Shown here: positions 1 to 8,615 of the stretch, piece after piece | How positions within the stretch are numbered: the stretch's first letter is position 1 | How the letters are laid out: each line of letters begins with the position of its first letter | Origin: Phycisphaeraceae bacterium | GTDB taxonomy: Bacteria > Planctomycetota > Phycisphaerae > Phycisphaerales > Phycisphaeraceae | Assembly (NCBI GenBank): GCA_963674705.1 | Contig: OY771506.1 | Location: 1,568,001-1,632,000, forward strand | Direction of reading: 5' to 3' | DNA length: 64,000 bases | Program-made: the position numbers and the translations under genes | The notes under the pieces: generated by a model | Database searches by the model: none | What the model saw: the letters and a program-made list of their open reading frames with translations, nothing else | Told to the model about the DNA's origin: nothing

Positions 1-230
1 TCGGCTTCCTTGAGCGCTTTGTCGTAATCCGTTCCACAAGCCGATTCGGGCAGGTGCGTAATTTCGCGCGCTTTGGCTAGCGCCTCTTCGCTGACATCAC
101 ATAAGTATGCAGGCGCAAAACCCGTATCCTTATTACAGTGGTCAAGCGGCCAGACGCCACGGTTCGCTACGCCCACGTGCAGCACACGCAGGATTTTCTT
201 ATTGGTTGTTGATCCGGTCGGTGTGCTCAT
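1..230 (-). CDS. Gfo/Idh/MocA family oxidoreductase, N-terminal part (runs off the window)
   Basis: Not in the ORF track. My translation from ATG at 230 gives MSTPTGSTTNKKILRVLHVGVANRGVWPL...AYLCDVSEEALAKARE...TDYDKALKEA, a Rossmann-type start like Gfo/Idh/MocA. It begins 7 bp after the upstream stop. Confidence 0.7.
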   Translation of the reverse strand, partial: MSTPTGSTTNKKILRVLHVGVANRGVWPLDHCNKDTGFAPAYLCDVSEEALAKAREITHLPESACGTDYDKALKEA

Positions 231-237
231 CACGATC

Positions 238-1116
238 TCACTTGCTTTCACGGTAGCGGTTGGCGATGTCTGCGAATTCGTCGGCGTCCCACACGCCGTC
301 ACGGTAACACACAAGATACTTGAATCTCAGCGTTTCGCCTTCCTCCACCGCCATCGCCTCGTGGAAAAGGAACGCGGCATTAATGTAATTCATTGCCGGG
401 CCATGCTTGGCGTACCACGGGCTGGGGCTGCGCGGGTTATCCGGATGATCGATCATCGCGAAGCCGATCTTCTGCTCGCTCCCGCCATCCACATCACCCT
501 GCATCAATAGCCAGTCATAGCTTTCGCCAGCCAAGCCTTCGGCCGTCCCGCCGCCGGGTAATGTGAAAGCGAGGTTGTGCATCTCGCGCGAACCCCGCAG
601 CGACAATCCGCCGTAACCGCCCCACGTCGTGTAAGGCGTGCGGTCGAGCTTCAAATCCTGCGTGGGCGTCAGCTCTGCTTCCCATTCGATGCTGCGTGTG
701 TTGTCATCATGAGCCCGGAAAGTCAGCACGCGCATCTCTCGGATCGCCAAACCCGTCGGCCCGGATTCCCAGCGTACGGGATGTGCGATCCGCACGGTAT
801 TGACATCAATCACTTCACACTTTGGCTCCGCATCATTGACATGGATGCCGTAGGGCTCGTGCTCCTCCCAGAAGTTTGTTTCGTTCAGATACTTGATCGT
901 AAACCATAATCCGCGGTGCCAGACGTGGTCGGACATTTCAAACCCGCTTAAGCAATGCCCGGCCGGCGTTGATAGCGGGTGCACGCATGCCTTGGGCAGC
1001 TCACTGTTATACCGATAGCAACTGGCGACACGATCCTTCGCGTGCAATACCTCGGCACGATCATTGAACTGCTGATAAATAGACGGGCCGGTCTGCGTGG
1101 ACTTGTTACAGAGCAT
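238..1116 (-). CDS. DUF6807 / PmoA-like family protein (sugar-locus associated, not a methane monooxygenase)
   Basis: Motifs HPLSTPAG, DHVWHRGLWF, NFWEE, YGGLSLR and DHPDNP are typical of this family. Confidence 0.7.
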   Translation of the reverse strand: MLCNKSTQTGPSIYQQFNDRAEVLHAKDRVASCYRYNSELPKACVHPLSTPAGHCLSGFEMSDHVWHRGLWFTIKYLNETNFWEEHEPYGIHVNDAEPKCEVIDVNTVRIAHPVRWESGPTGLAIREMRVLTFRAHDDNTRSIEWEAELTPTQDLKLDRTPYTTWGGYGGLSLRGSREMHNLAFTLPGGGTAEGLAGESYDWLLMQGDVDGGSEQKIGFAMIDHPDNPRSPSPWYAKHGPAMNYINAAFLFHEAMAVEEGETLRFKYLVCYRDGVWDADEFADIANRYRESK

Positions 1117-1294
1117 GATTAGCCTTTGGCGGGTTGGGGAATAGAGATCAGGGATTTTATTCAGGATATTGCCAACGGTTTGGAGGTTGCGCAGATACTG
1201 CCGGGCCTGGTTCTTCCTGCATCGATAGGATTATTGTCACTATTCGCGGGTAGTATCGGCTGCTTATTAAGATGTGCGATATCGGGCTGCATAC

Positions 1295-2215
1295 TTATTG
1301 CTTCACCGCTCCGCTTGTCAGGCCGCTGATAAATTCACGTTGCAGCGCAAGGAACAGAATCGCCGGCGGGATGATCGCAACCAGCGTCCCCGCCAGAAAC
1401 ACACCATACTGCTGCGCGTATTCACCGATGTATTGATTGAGCACGACCGGCAACGTCAGCTTTTCCTGGCTCTGCAAAAAGATGTTCGGCGCGAGGAACG
1501 AATTCCACTGCGCTAAAAACGTAATCAGGCAAAACGCCCCCGTCATCGGCCGAACCAACGGCATCGCAAGCTGCAGATAGATCCGAAACTCGCTGCACCC
1601 ATCGATCCGCCCGGCCTCGATCAGGTCCGCAGGCACATTCAACAGCGCCTGCCTGAACAAAAAGATCCCAAACGCCGACGCCGCCCCAGGCACGATCAAC
1701 GCCCTGTACTTATCCATCCAGCCAAGTTGATAGATAATTTCAAAGTTCGGAGCAAGCAGCACGACGCCGGGGATCGTCAGCGATGCGAGCATAAACCCGA
1801 GGATGGCGTGCCTGCCTCTAAATCGATACTTCGCCAGCGCGTAACCGCCCATCGAGCAGAACACCATCGAGATAAACGTCGTCGTGCTCGCCAGGAAAAG
1901 CGAGTTGGCGAAGTACCGCCAGAAACTCACCTTGCCCGATACCGTCTGTTTGGCGCTGAACAGTTCGATGAAGTTATCGAGGTTGACCGTTTCAGGCGAC
2001 AGCCGATCGATCGATGGTAGGAACATGTACTCATTGAGCACGGTCTTGTCTTTGAACGCAGCGCAGAAAAGCCAGACGAACGGCAATGTCATAATGATGG
2101 CCGCAAGGATCAGCCCGGCCCAGCGTGCATACGTCCAGCCCCACTTACGACGTACAAGCCACATGATGGGGAACACCGTCGCGATGATCAGCAATACGAT
2201 TTGCAGTGCGTTCAT
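1295..2215 (-). CDS. Carbohydrate ABC transporter permease (MalG-like)
   Basis: Transmembrane segments, FANSLF, and the EAA loop LIEAGRIDGCSEFRIY. Confidence 0.93.
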   Translation of the reverse strand: MNALQIVLLIIATVFPIMWLVRRKWGWTYARWAGLILAAIIMTLPFVWLFCAAFKDKTVLNEYMFLPSIDRLSPETVNLDNFIELFSAKQTVSGKVSFWRYFANSLFLASTTTFISMVFCSMGGYALAKYRFRGRHAILGFMLASLTIPGVVLLAPNFEIIYQLGWMDKYRALIVPGAASAFGIFLFRQALLNVPADLIEAGRIDGCSEFRIYLQLAMPLVRPMTGAFCLITFLAQWNSFLAPNIFLQSQEKLTLPVVLNQYIGEYAQQYGVFLAGTLVAIIPPAILFLALQREFISGLTSGAVKQ

Positions 2216-3168
2216 CCATCGTTCTCCATCGTGCCCGAAAGCTTGATCTGGATCAGGCTGATCGTGAGGATGATGAGCGTAAGCAGCCAGCCTACTGCCG
2301 CGGCTGTGCCGAGGTCGCCGTTTTCAAACGCGTTTGAATAGAGGTAGCCCACGATCGTCAGCCCGCTGTTCTTCGGGCCGTAACCTTGCAGCAAAACGTA
2401 AGGCAACTCAAACAACTGGAACGAACCGATCGAGCTGACGACAACGACAAACGTCGCCACGGGCGTCACGGCCGGCCGCGTCACGTTCCAAAACACACCC
2501 CAGGGCCCGGCCCCATCGATCCACGCAGCCTCAACCAAATCACGGCTCACGTTCTGCAGCGCCGCCAGGAAGTAGATCATGTTGAACCCGACATAAAGCC
2601 AAAGCGCCGCGATGACGACAGCCGGCATCACCCAACGCGGGTCGGTCAACCAACGCTGTTCGAGCCCGAAACCCGTCAGTATATGCACAATGCGGTTGAA
2701 CAAACCGTAGCGCGGCGTAAACAGCATCGTAAAAAGGATCGCGACAAATACCTGCCCGACCAGGTTCGGCGCAAAGATCGCAAGACGGAAGAAACCCTTG
2801 AGCCTGCTCTTGCCGGAATTGAGCAGCATCGCCAGGCCGAAGCTTAGCGGCAACTGGATAAGCAGCGAACAGACCGCGAAGAAGGCGGTGTTGTACAAAG
2901 CCCGATGGAAGTCCGGATCGGCCAGAACAAACGCGAAGTTGTCCAACCCAACGAAACGCCGAACGCCCGGGCCGCTGGTCATGTGGAACGACAGGATCGT
3001 GGCATAAAGAAGCGGATACAGAAAGAACACAAAAGTCACAAGGAAGTACGGCAACAGGAAACTATAAGGCGTAATCGCCTTGCGAAACTTGTATCGCCGC
3101 GCGCCGGCCGACGGCTTCGCGGCAAGCACGCCGGAAGCGACGGCCTGAGGTGTCTGGACCTGGCTCAT
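2212..3168 (-). CDS. Carbohydrate ABC transporter permease (MalF-like)
   Basis: FVGLDNF and EAA loop LVEAAWIDGAGPWGVF; 4-bp overlap with the next gene. Confidence 0.93.
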   Translation of the reverse strand: MSQVQTPQAVASGVLAAKPSAGARRYKFRKAITPYSFLLPYFLVTFVFFLYPLLYATILSFHMTSGPGVRRFVGLDNFAFVLADPDFHRALYNTAFFAVCSLLIQLPLSFGLAMLLNSGKSRLKGFFRLAIFAPNLVGQVFVAILFTMLFTPRYGLFNRIVHILTGFGLEQRWLTDPRWVMPAVVIAALWLYVGFNMIYFLAALQNVSRDLVEAAWIDGAGPWGVFWNVTRPAVTPVATFVVVVSSIGSFQLFELPYVLLQGYGPKNSGLTIVGYLYSNAFENGDLGTAAAVGWLLTLIILTISLIQIKLSGTMENDG

Positions 3169-4562
3169 GACCCGCCCCCTTCCTGATCTGACTCACCCGT
3201 ATCCACTTGAAGAAAGATGTTCCGGGCCATGACTTCACGCGTCCGATCCGCTACCCGCTTGATTTCTTTTTCGGTGTATTCCCGCAGGCCGACTTCGCCG
3301 TGCTCCCGGTGATACAGTGATACATTGGCAAACGCCTCGGATAACCGGTTGACCGCCATCTTCATGTACGCGTTGGATTGTTCCTCGGGCACCTGCGGCG
3401 CAAGGTCGGCATACATCCGCCCGATACGCTGATCGCTGAAGTATGGATTAGGCTTATCAAACGACGGCTCGTTCCACGCACTGCGCAACGGCGAAATAAT
3501 CTGCGTCTGCTCGAAGCGTCGGCCCTGCTCTTTCCTATTAAAGTACAGATGCATCGCCAGCTCCCAAGCAAGCTCGACGTCTTTACATTGCTCGGTAATC
3601 GCTAGCCCCGTCCCGCCCCACGTGCTCGTACGTGATCCACCTTCTTCCCACGCAGGCAACGGCATCAACGCCATCTTCCCTTCAAGCTGCGGCACATCCA
3701 TCTGGAACTGCCGCGTCCGCCAGTCAGGACACATATAAAATAGACACAACCCATCCAGCATCGATCGCGCCAGGTTCTGCCCCCACCCGGCATCGAAGGC
3801 AATCCGGTCTTGTCCCTGCACCTGCTTCAGATACCAAAGGAACACCTCGACCGTGCGCTCATCATCAAATGCAATATCACCTTGCTCATCAAACAACTGT
3901 CCGCCGCGTTGTAACAGCAACAGCCGCAGCGCATCGCCGCCCTGGATCGGCAAGTTGATCATGTAGCGATCGGGCACACCGTCGCCGTTAAGATCCTTCG
4001 TCGCAACCTCCCGCCCGACACGGGCAAACTCATCCCAGGTCGTGAGCTTGTCGACATCGATGCCCAGTTCCTCGACCAGGTCTCGCCGGTACGCCAGCAT
4101 GACGGGGTGCAGGTCGTGCGGCAGGGCGAAGATGTGTCCGCGATCCGTCCACTTGCCGAACCGGCTTGTGACGACGTTATCGATCAGGCCCGTATCGTTG
4201 ACGCGCTTAGTCAGGTCGACAAAGCGAACTTCTTCGATCGGCCCCTTGGTGAAGACACCGAGTGTGTCGTACATCAACTCGACCATGTCCGGCACATCCG
4301 CACCGACCTGCAAAGCGGCCTGGAGCCGGCTCTGCAAGGCACGCTGTTCGACGACCTGGATCTGGATGCGAACATCGTGATCCTTCTCGAACTGCTCGAT
4401 GACCGGGACGTAAGCGTCGGCGTGTTCCTTAACGAACGTAGCGAAGACCAGATCGGGTTGTGGGCCGGACTGTCGGAGTAATGCATCGTAGCCCACAACC
4501 GCACCGGCAATGAGGGCGAGGATGAGGATCGCCAGGGGTGCTTGGCCGTAGGGGAAGTTCAT
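3165..4562 (-). CDS. Sugar ABC transporter substrate-binding protein
   Basis: N-terminal hydrophobic anchor, GHIFALPHD, LAYRRDL, TTWDEF, WGGTGLAI. Start placed at ATG 4562 after a GGAG RBS (ORF track start 4613). Confidence 0.9.
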   Translation of the reverse strand: MNFPYGQAPLAILILALIAGAVVGYDALLRQSGPQPDLVFATFVKEHADAYVPVIEQFEKDHDVRIQIQVVEQRALQSRLQAALQVGADVPDMVELMYDTLGVFTKGPIEEVRFVDLTKRVNDTGLIDNVVTSRFGKWTDRGHIFALPHDLHPVMLAYRRDLVEELGIDVDKLTTWDEFARVGREVATKDLNGDGVPDRYMINLPIQGGDALRLLLLQRGGQLFDEQGDIAFDDERTVEVFLWYLKQVQGQDRIAFDAGWGQNLARSMLDGLCLFYMCPDWRTRQFQMDVPQLEGKMALMPLPAWEEGGSRTSTWGGTGLAITEQCKDVELAWELAMHLYFNRKEQGRRFEQTQIISPLRSAWNEPSFDKPNPYFSDQRIGRMYADLAPQVPEEQSNAYMKMAVNRLSEAFANVSLYHREHGEVGLREYTEKEIKRVADRTREVMARNIFLQVDTGESDQEGGGS

Positions 4563-4646
4563 GAGATCGATCACTCCAAGACGATGGCCGAATGATGGTA
4601 CGGGTATTGTCATCCAATTCGGCGGCGCCAGCGCATCCTACACAAA

Positions 4647-4660
4647 GTAAAACGTTTTTT
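4647..4660. promoter_or_regulatory. Putative LacI operator (GTAAAACGTTTTTT)
   Basis: Near-palindrome upstream of the ABC operon; one of 8 similar intergenic sites. Confidence 0.65.
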
Positions 4661-4836
4661 AAAGGCTATTGGCCTATTATTCGGCTTTGGCAGACAATCG
4701 AATCTTGCCTGGTGAAGTAGAGAACCCGATCTGACAGGCATTCAAAAAGAATAGCACGCCCGAAAAGCGTGGAATATCCGACGAAAAAGACTGAAAGGCG
4801 TTGCGAATCTGGCGGCGATGGGCTAAACTTGCGTTG

Positions 4837-4850
4837 GTAAATCGTTTTTC
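4837..4850. promoter_or_regulatory. Putative LacI operator (GTAAATCGTTTTTC)
   Basis: Upstream of the first GH10 gene; matches the GTAAAACGTTTTAC consensus. Confidence 0.55.
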
Positions 4851-4909
4851 ATACTGTAAATTACGCCGAGTCACAGCTTGCACGCGACCCCACTCGGCAC
4901 AGGTTGTTT

Positions 4910-6046
4910 ATGGATCAGTCACTAGAAACATCTGACGGCCCGCCCCAGGCGATCCAAACTCCCGCCAAATCCAAGCTGGGCAACCGTTTAACTAAACCGG
5001 TCGCGGTAGAGTTGCCTCTGCGTGATCCCGGCCACGGCCTGAAGGTGGGCTGCGCGATCGACAGTGTCAAGCCGGGCCAGATCAACCCAGCCGAGTTGGC
5101 GCTGCTCCGTCGGCATTTTGATGTGCTGACGCCCGAAAACAGTATGAAACCCGCCCTGATCCAGCCGGAAGAGGGACGATTCGAGTTCACCAAGGCCGAT
5201 GAGCTGCTCGACTTCGCTCAGGCCAACAACCTGGAAGTGGTAGGCCATTGCCTGGTCTGGCACCAGCAGTGCCCGCAGTGGTTCTTCCGTGATGGCGACG
5301 CCCCGGCCGGCCGCGAACTATTGCTCAAGCGGATGCGCGAACACATCAAAGCCGTCGTCAGCCGATACCGGGGCCGGGTCTTGGGATGGGACGTCGTCAA
5401 CGAAGCCATCGACGATAAGGACGGCCAATACAAGCAAACCCCCTGGATCGAACTGGCCGGCGAAGGTTTTATCGAACAGGCGTTCATCGCTGCCCATGAG
5501 GCGGACCCGTCGGCCGAACTTTATTACAACGACTACAACATCGAAAAAACCGAAAAACGCGAAAAAACCCTGCATTTATTGCGAAAACTCCAGCTGGCGA
5601 ACATCAAACTCGATGGCGTCGGCATCCAGGGCCACTGGATCCTCGACCAGGTACCTTACGACGAAATCGAAGCGGCGATCCTGGCGTACAACGGACTCGG
5701 TTTGAAAGTGATGTTCACCGAGTTGGATATTGATGTCATTGATCGGCCGGACTGCTCCGCGGATGTTTCGCTGCACGCCGAGTACACGCTCGAGCAGGAC
5801 CTCTATCGTGACGGTTGTCCGCCGGAGGTGCTCGAACGCCAGGCCGAGCAATACGCCAGGCTGTTCGAGTTGCTTCACCGCCACCGCGACAAGGTCAGCC
5901 GCGTCAGCTTCTGGGGTCTGCACGATGGGCGAAGCTGGCTTAACGAGTGGCCGGGCCAGCGAACGAACCACCCGCTTTTGTTCGACCGTGATTGCCGACC
6001 GAAACCGGCCTACCGGCGGGTCATCCAACTGCTGCGGGGCCGTTAA
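4910..6046 (+). CDS. GH10 endo-1,4-beta-xylanase, no evident signal peptide
   Basis: TPENSMK, GHCLVWHQQ, WDVVNEA (acid/base), YYNDYN, DGVGIQGH, FTELD (nucleophile). Confidence 0.93.
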   Translation: MDQSLETSDGPPQAIQTPAKSKLGNRLTKPVAVELPLRDPGHGLKVGCAIDSVKPGQINPAELALLRRHFDVLTPENSMKPALIQPEEGRFEFTKADELLDFAQANNLEVVGHCLVWHQQCPQWFFRDGDAPAGRELLLKRMREHIKAVVSRYRGRVLGWDVVNEAIDDKDGQYKQTPWIELAGEGFIEQAFIAAHEADPSAELYYNDYNIEKTEKREKTLHLLRKLQLANIKLDGVGIQGHWILDQVPYDEIEAAILAYNGLGLKVMFTELDIDVIDRPDCSADVSLHAEYTLEQDLYRDGCPPEVLERQAEQYARLFELLHRHRDKVSRVSFWGLHDGRSWLNEWPGQRTNHPLLFDRDCRPKPAYRRVIQLLRGR

Positions 6047-6097
6047 TTCAGTCAAAGTCTGCGGTTAAGCTGCAGTGAAACAACATTTTTCGTCTTA

Positions 6098-6140
6098 ATA
6101 AAACGTTTTTTCTTGACACAATCATGAATCGTGATACATT
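6098..6140 (+). promoter_or_regulatory. Sigma70 promoter with adjacent LacI operator
   Basis: ATAAAACGTTTTTT (6098-6111) abuts TTGACA (6113-6118); TG-n-TACATT extended -10 at 6132-6140. Confidence 0.65.
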
Positions 6141-6206
6141 TTATCAGGCGTCATGCCGCCATTTGGAGAAGCCGTTCCCATCAAACATGATGTGCGCTTG
6201 AAATCG

Positions 6207-6220
6207 AGTAAACGTTTTAT
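6207..6220. promoter_or_regulatory. Putative LacI operator (AGTAAACGTTTTAT)
   Basis: Second operator-like site in the leader of the gene at 6297. Confidence 0.55.
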
Positions 6221-6296
6221 TATTTGGTGGCGTAAACGTAAAGTAGCATCGACCTTTCGAGACATCTGTGGTCAATCACATCAGGAGGAGAGTTAA

Positions 6297-6938
6297 ATGA
6301 AACGTGGGATTCTTCTTGCAGCAAGCTTGGCGGCTGGCCTCGGTTTGGCGCAGGCCGTGCAGGCGGACGTGGTCATCGGCGACTTCGAGGGCGCCGCAGA
6401 GACCGGTTGGGGCCAATGGATCAGCAACTCCGTACAGCCGTTCGTGGACATCAGTATCAGCAACGAAGCCGCGACCTCCGGCAGCTACAGCGCCAAGGTC
6501 GACAAGGCCGGCTGGGCACAGACGCTGGCCTACAGCGCCGGCACCGCCGGGACCATCGCCGACTTCGAAGCCAATTCCGTGATCGAATTCGATCTGATCT
6601 TCGCGGAAACCACGGAAAGTGGTTGGGCGGAAATGTACGACCTTGCCCTGAACTCACAGTACGGCGGATTCACCTCGATCGCCACGAGCCCTGTTCAAGT
6701 CGGCTGGGGCGATGGCGGCGGCGGCGCCCAGACGGTCCACGTTGCACTGGACTACAGCGCTATCCGCCAGACCTGGATCGACAACGGCTCGCCGGGTTGG
6801 GTCGAATTGATCTTCGCATTCAATGATGACGGCAATCATCCCGTGAAGTACGTCGACAACGTCACGCTGACGCCTGAACCGGCCAGCCTGGCGCTGCTGG
6901 GTCTGGGCGGCCTGGCGCTGGCGTCGCGTCGCCATTAA
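6297..6938 (+). CDS. PEP-CTERM surface protein with a CBM-like beta-sandwich domain
   Basis: Signal peptide (AVQA), IGDFEG...YVDNV boundaries typical of galactose-binding-like folds, C-terminal TPEPASLALLGLGGLALASRRH; AGGAGG RBS. Confidence 0.85.
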   Translation: MKRGILLAASLAAGLGLAQAVQADVVIGDFEGAAETGWGQWISNSVQPFVDISISNEAATSGSYSAKVDKAGWAQTLAYSAGTAGTIADFEANSVIEFDLIFAETTESGWAEMYDLALNSQYGGFTSIATSPVQVGWGDGGGGAQTVHVALDYSAIRQTWIDNGSPGWVELIFAFNDDGNHPVKYVDNVTLTPEPASLALLGLGGLALASRRH

Positions 6939-6981
6939 CGACAGTTGCTTGTCTGCAAACACGCATTCCTCCAAGGCGGAA

Positions 6982-7044
6982 CCCCGCCCTCCAGCATCGC
7001 ATGCCATCCGTTTGGCCGATGCCGATGAGGGCGGGGCTTTCTTG
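6982..7044 (+). terminator. Intrinsic terminator-like hairpin
   Basis: CCCCGCCCTC...GAGGGCGGGG followed by CTTTCTT. Confidence 0.55.
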
Positions 7045-7163
7045 TCTGCGGACCTTGCCGGATCGAAACGTTCGGATATGTCGTATCATTCATACAAGCG
7101 GCTCAGAAACATAGGATCGCACGTGCCTCCATGCTGAATTGATGTATGATTGATTGTGTTAAG

Positions 7164-7177
7164 ATAAAACGATTCCG
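7164..7177. promoter_or_regulatory. Weak putative LacI operator (ATAAAACGATTCCG), possible autoregulation
   Basis: Good left half-site directly upstream of the LacI gene. Confidence 0.4.
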
Positions 7178-7215
7178 TTACACACTTAGCGACCGAAACA
7201 TCGAGGCATATCCCG

Positions 7216-8277
7216 ATGGCCCAAGCCGACAAACCTTCCCGCAATAAACCCGCAAGGCCCAAGCCGCCCGCCACGCGTCCGAAACTCAAAGACGTGGCCG
7301 CGGCCTGTGGCGTCTCGATCGGCACGGTCAGCCGGGTACTCAACCGCGATGAATCGTTTTCTGCTCGTGAAGAAGTGCGCCAGCGCATCCTTGATGCCGC
7401 CGACCGCCTCGGATACGCACCCGACCTCGCGGCACGCAACCTCAACCGCGGCGTCACCCAGATCATCGGCGTGTTCGGCGACCCGAACACGCACATCGGC
7501 GAAGGCATCAACGACGCTGTTTTTGAAGGCATTTCCGAAGCGGTACGCAGCCAGGAATACGATGTCTTCTTTGATGTGACTTCCAAACACCCCACCGGCC
7601 GCAAACTCCCGTTCTGGCGCTTCGACGGCGCGATCCTGATCCAGTCGCCTTTGCCGGAGGTCGTGGAAGAACTCGACCGACGGTTCGTGCCTTACGTCTC
7701 GGTCAACGAAACCGTCGGCAACCCGATCGCTTCGGTTCTTGCAGACGACGTCATGGGCACGACGCGGATCATGCAGCACTTCGCCGAGCTGGGCCATCGT
7801 CGCATCGCCTACGCCAACGCGGGCAAAGGCTACTTCGAACACTACAGCGTGCCCGACCGCCACGACACCATCCAGGCGTTCTGCAAAGAGTACAACATGA
7901 CGCTCGTGCCGGGACACGACGAAGATTTTCTCTCAGCCGACCAGTTCCTGCGCCGCGCTGTCAAAGAACACGGCGCCACTGCTGTGCTCGCCTACGACCA
8001 CCGCATCGTCGTGCGCATCCTCGGCACAGCGTACCGCCTGGGCCTGCGCGTGCCCGAGGACTTCAGCCTCGCCTGCTTTAACGACGAATTCCCCGTCGCC
8101 GAGTTGTACCCGCCATTGACCGTCGTCTCCGTTTCCGGCAAAGCAATGGGACGCACCGCCGCAGCGATCCTGCTCGACGCCATGCGCACCAGCCAACCAG
8201 AAGACAGGCCCAGCACGCTTCGGCTCGAAGAAAAAGTCGTCGTACGCGCCTCTACAGCCCCGCCTCGCATGGATTAG
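7216..8277 (+). CDS. LacI family transcriptional regulator
   Basis: HTH KLKDVAAACGVSIGTVSRVLN, hinge YAPDLAARNL, LGHRRIA, VPEDFSLACF, PPLTVV, VVRAST. Confidence 0.95.
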   Translation: MAQADKPSRNKPARPKPPATRPKLKDVAAACGVSIGTVSRVLNRDESFSAREEVRQRILDAADRLGYAPDLAARNLNRGVTQIIGVFGDPNTHIGEGINDAVFEGISEAVRSQEYDVFFDVTSKHPTGRKLPFWRFDGAILIQSPLPEVVEELDRRFVPYVSVNETVGNPIASVLADDVMGTTRIMQHFAELGHRRIAYANAGKGYFEHYSVPDRHDTIQAFCKEYNMTLVPGHDEDFLSADQFLRRAVKEHGATAVLAYDHRIVVRILGTAYRLGLRVPEDFSLACFNDEFPVAELYPPLTVVSVSGKAMGRTAAAILLDAMRTSQPEDRPSTLRLEEKVVVRASTAPPRMD

Positions 8278-8412
8278 AGCGTTCTCAATCCAGGCGTAGC
8301 GTTTTGGGTGCCACACTTTGGCTGCGCAGCAGCAAAGTGTGCGTTGCGAGAACACACTTTGCCCTTCGGGTCAAAGTGTGGCACACGCTTCAGTTTGATT
8401 GAGAACGCTCTA
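8275..8412. mobile_element. MITE-like element with 16-bp perfect terminal inverted repeats and two internal REP-like hairpins
   Basis: TAGAGCGTTCTCAATC (8275-8290) and GATTGAGAACGCTCTA (8397-8412); internal CACACTTTG/CAAAGTGTG pairs at 8312/8333 and 8353/8372. Confidence 0.6.
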
Positions 8413-8615
8413 GAACAGACCGAATCCAATCATAGCCTATTGGGCGCACACGCAAACTCTGTAGAAGTAAAGTATGTCAAGATCGTCTACTTTGTCGCTG
8501 CGCGATCAAGTTGAGTTCCCGATACACCGCGAGTTGATCCGCATTTGTGCTATCAGCACTATTGAGGACATAAAAACCCCACGGTTAACAATGAGGTCAA
8601 TCGCTGCAGTAATCA

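Noticed and set aside
238..1116. PmoA-like label suggesting methane oxidation
   Set aside because: The protein is soluble and beta-rich and lies in a sugar operon; it shows no membrane pMMO features and no pmoB/pmoC are nearby.
7186..7917. 243-aa antisense ORF over lacI, and similar shadows such as 16541-17314, 33087-33887 and 61787-62734
   Set aside because: Each lies opposite a well-supported gene and has no recognisable motifs; this is an expected artefact of GC-rich codon bias.
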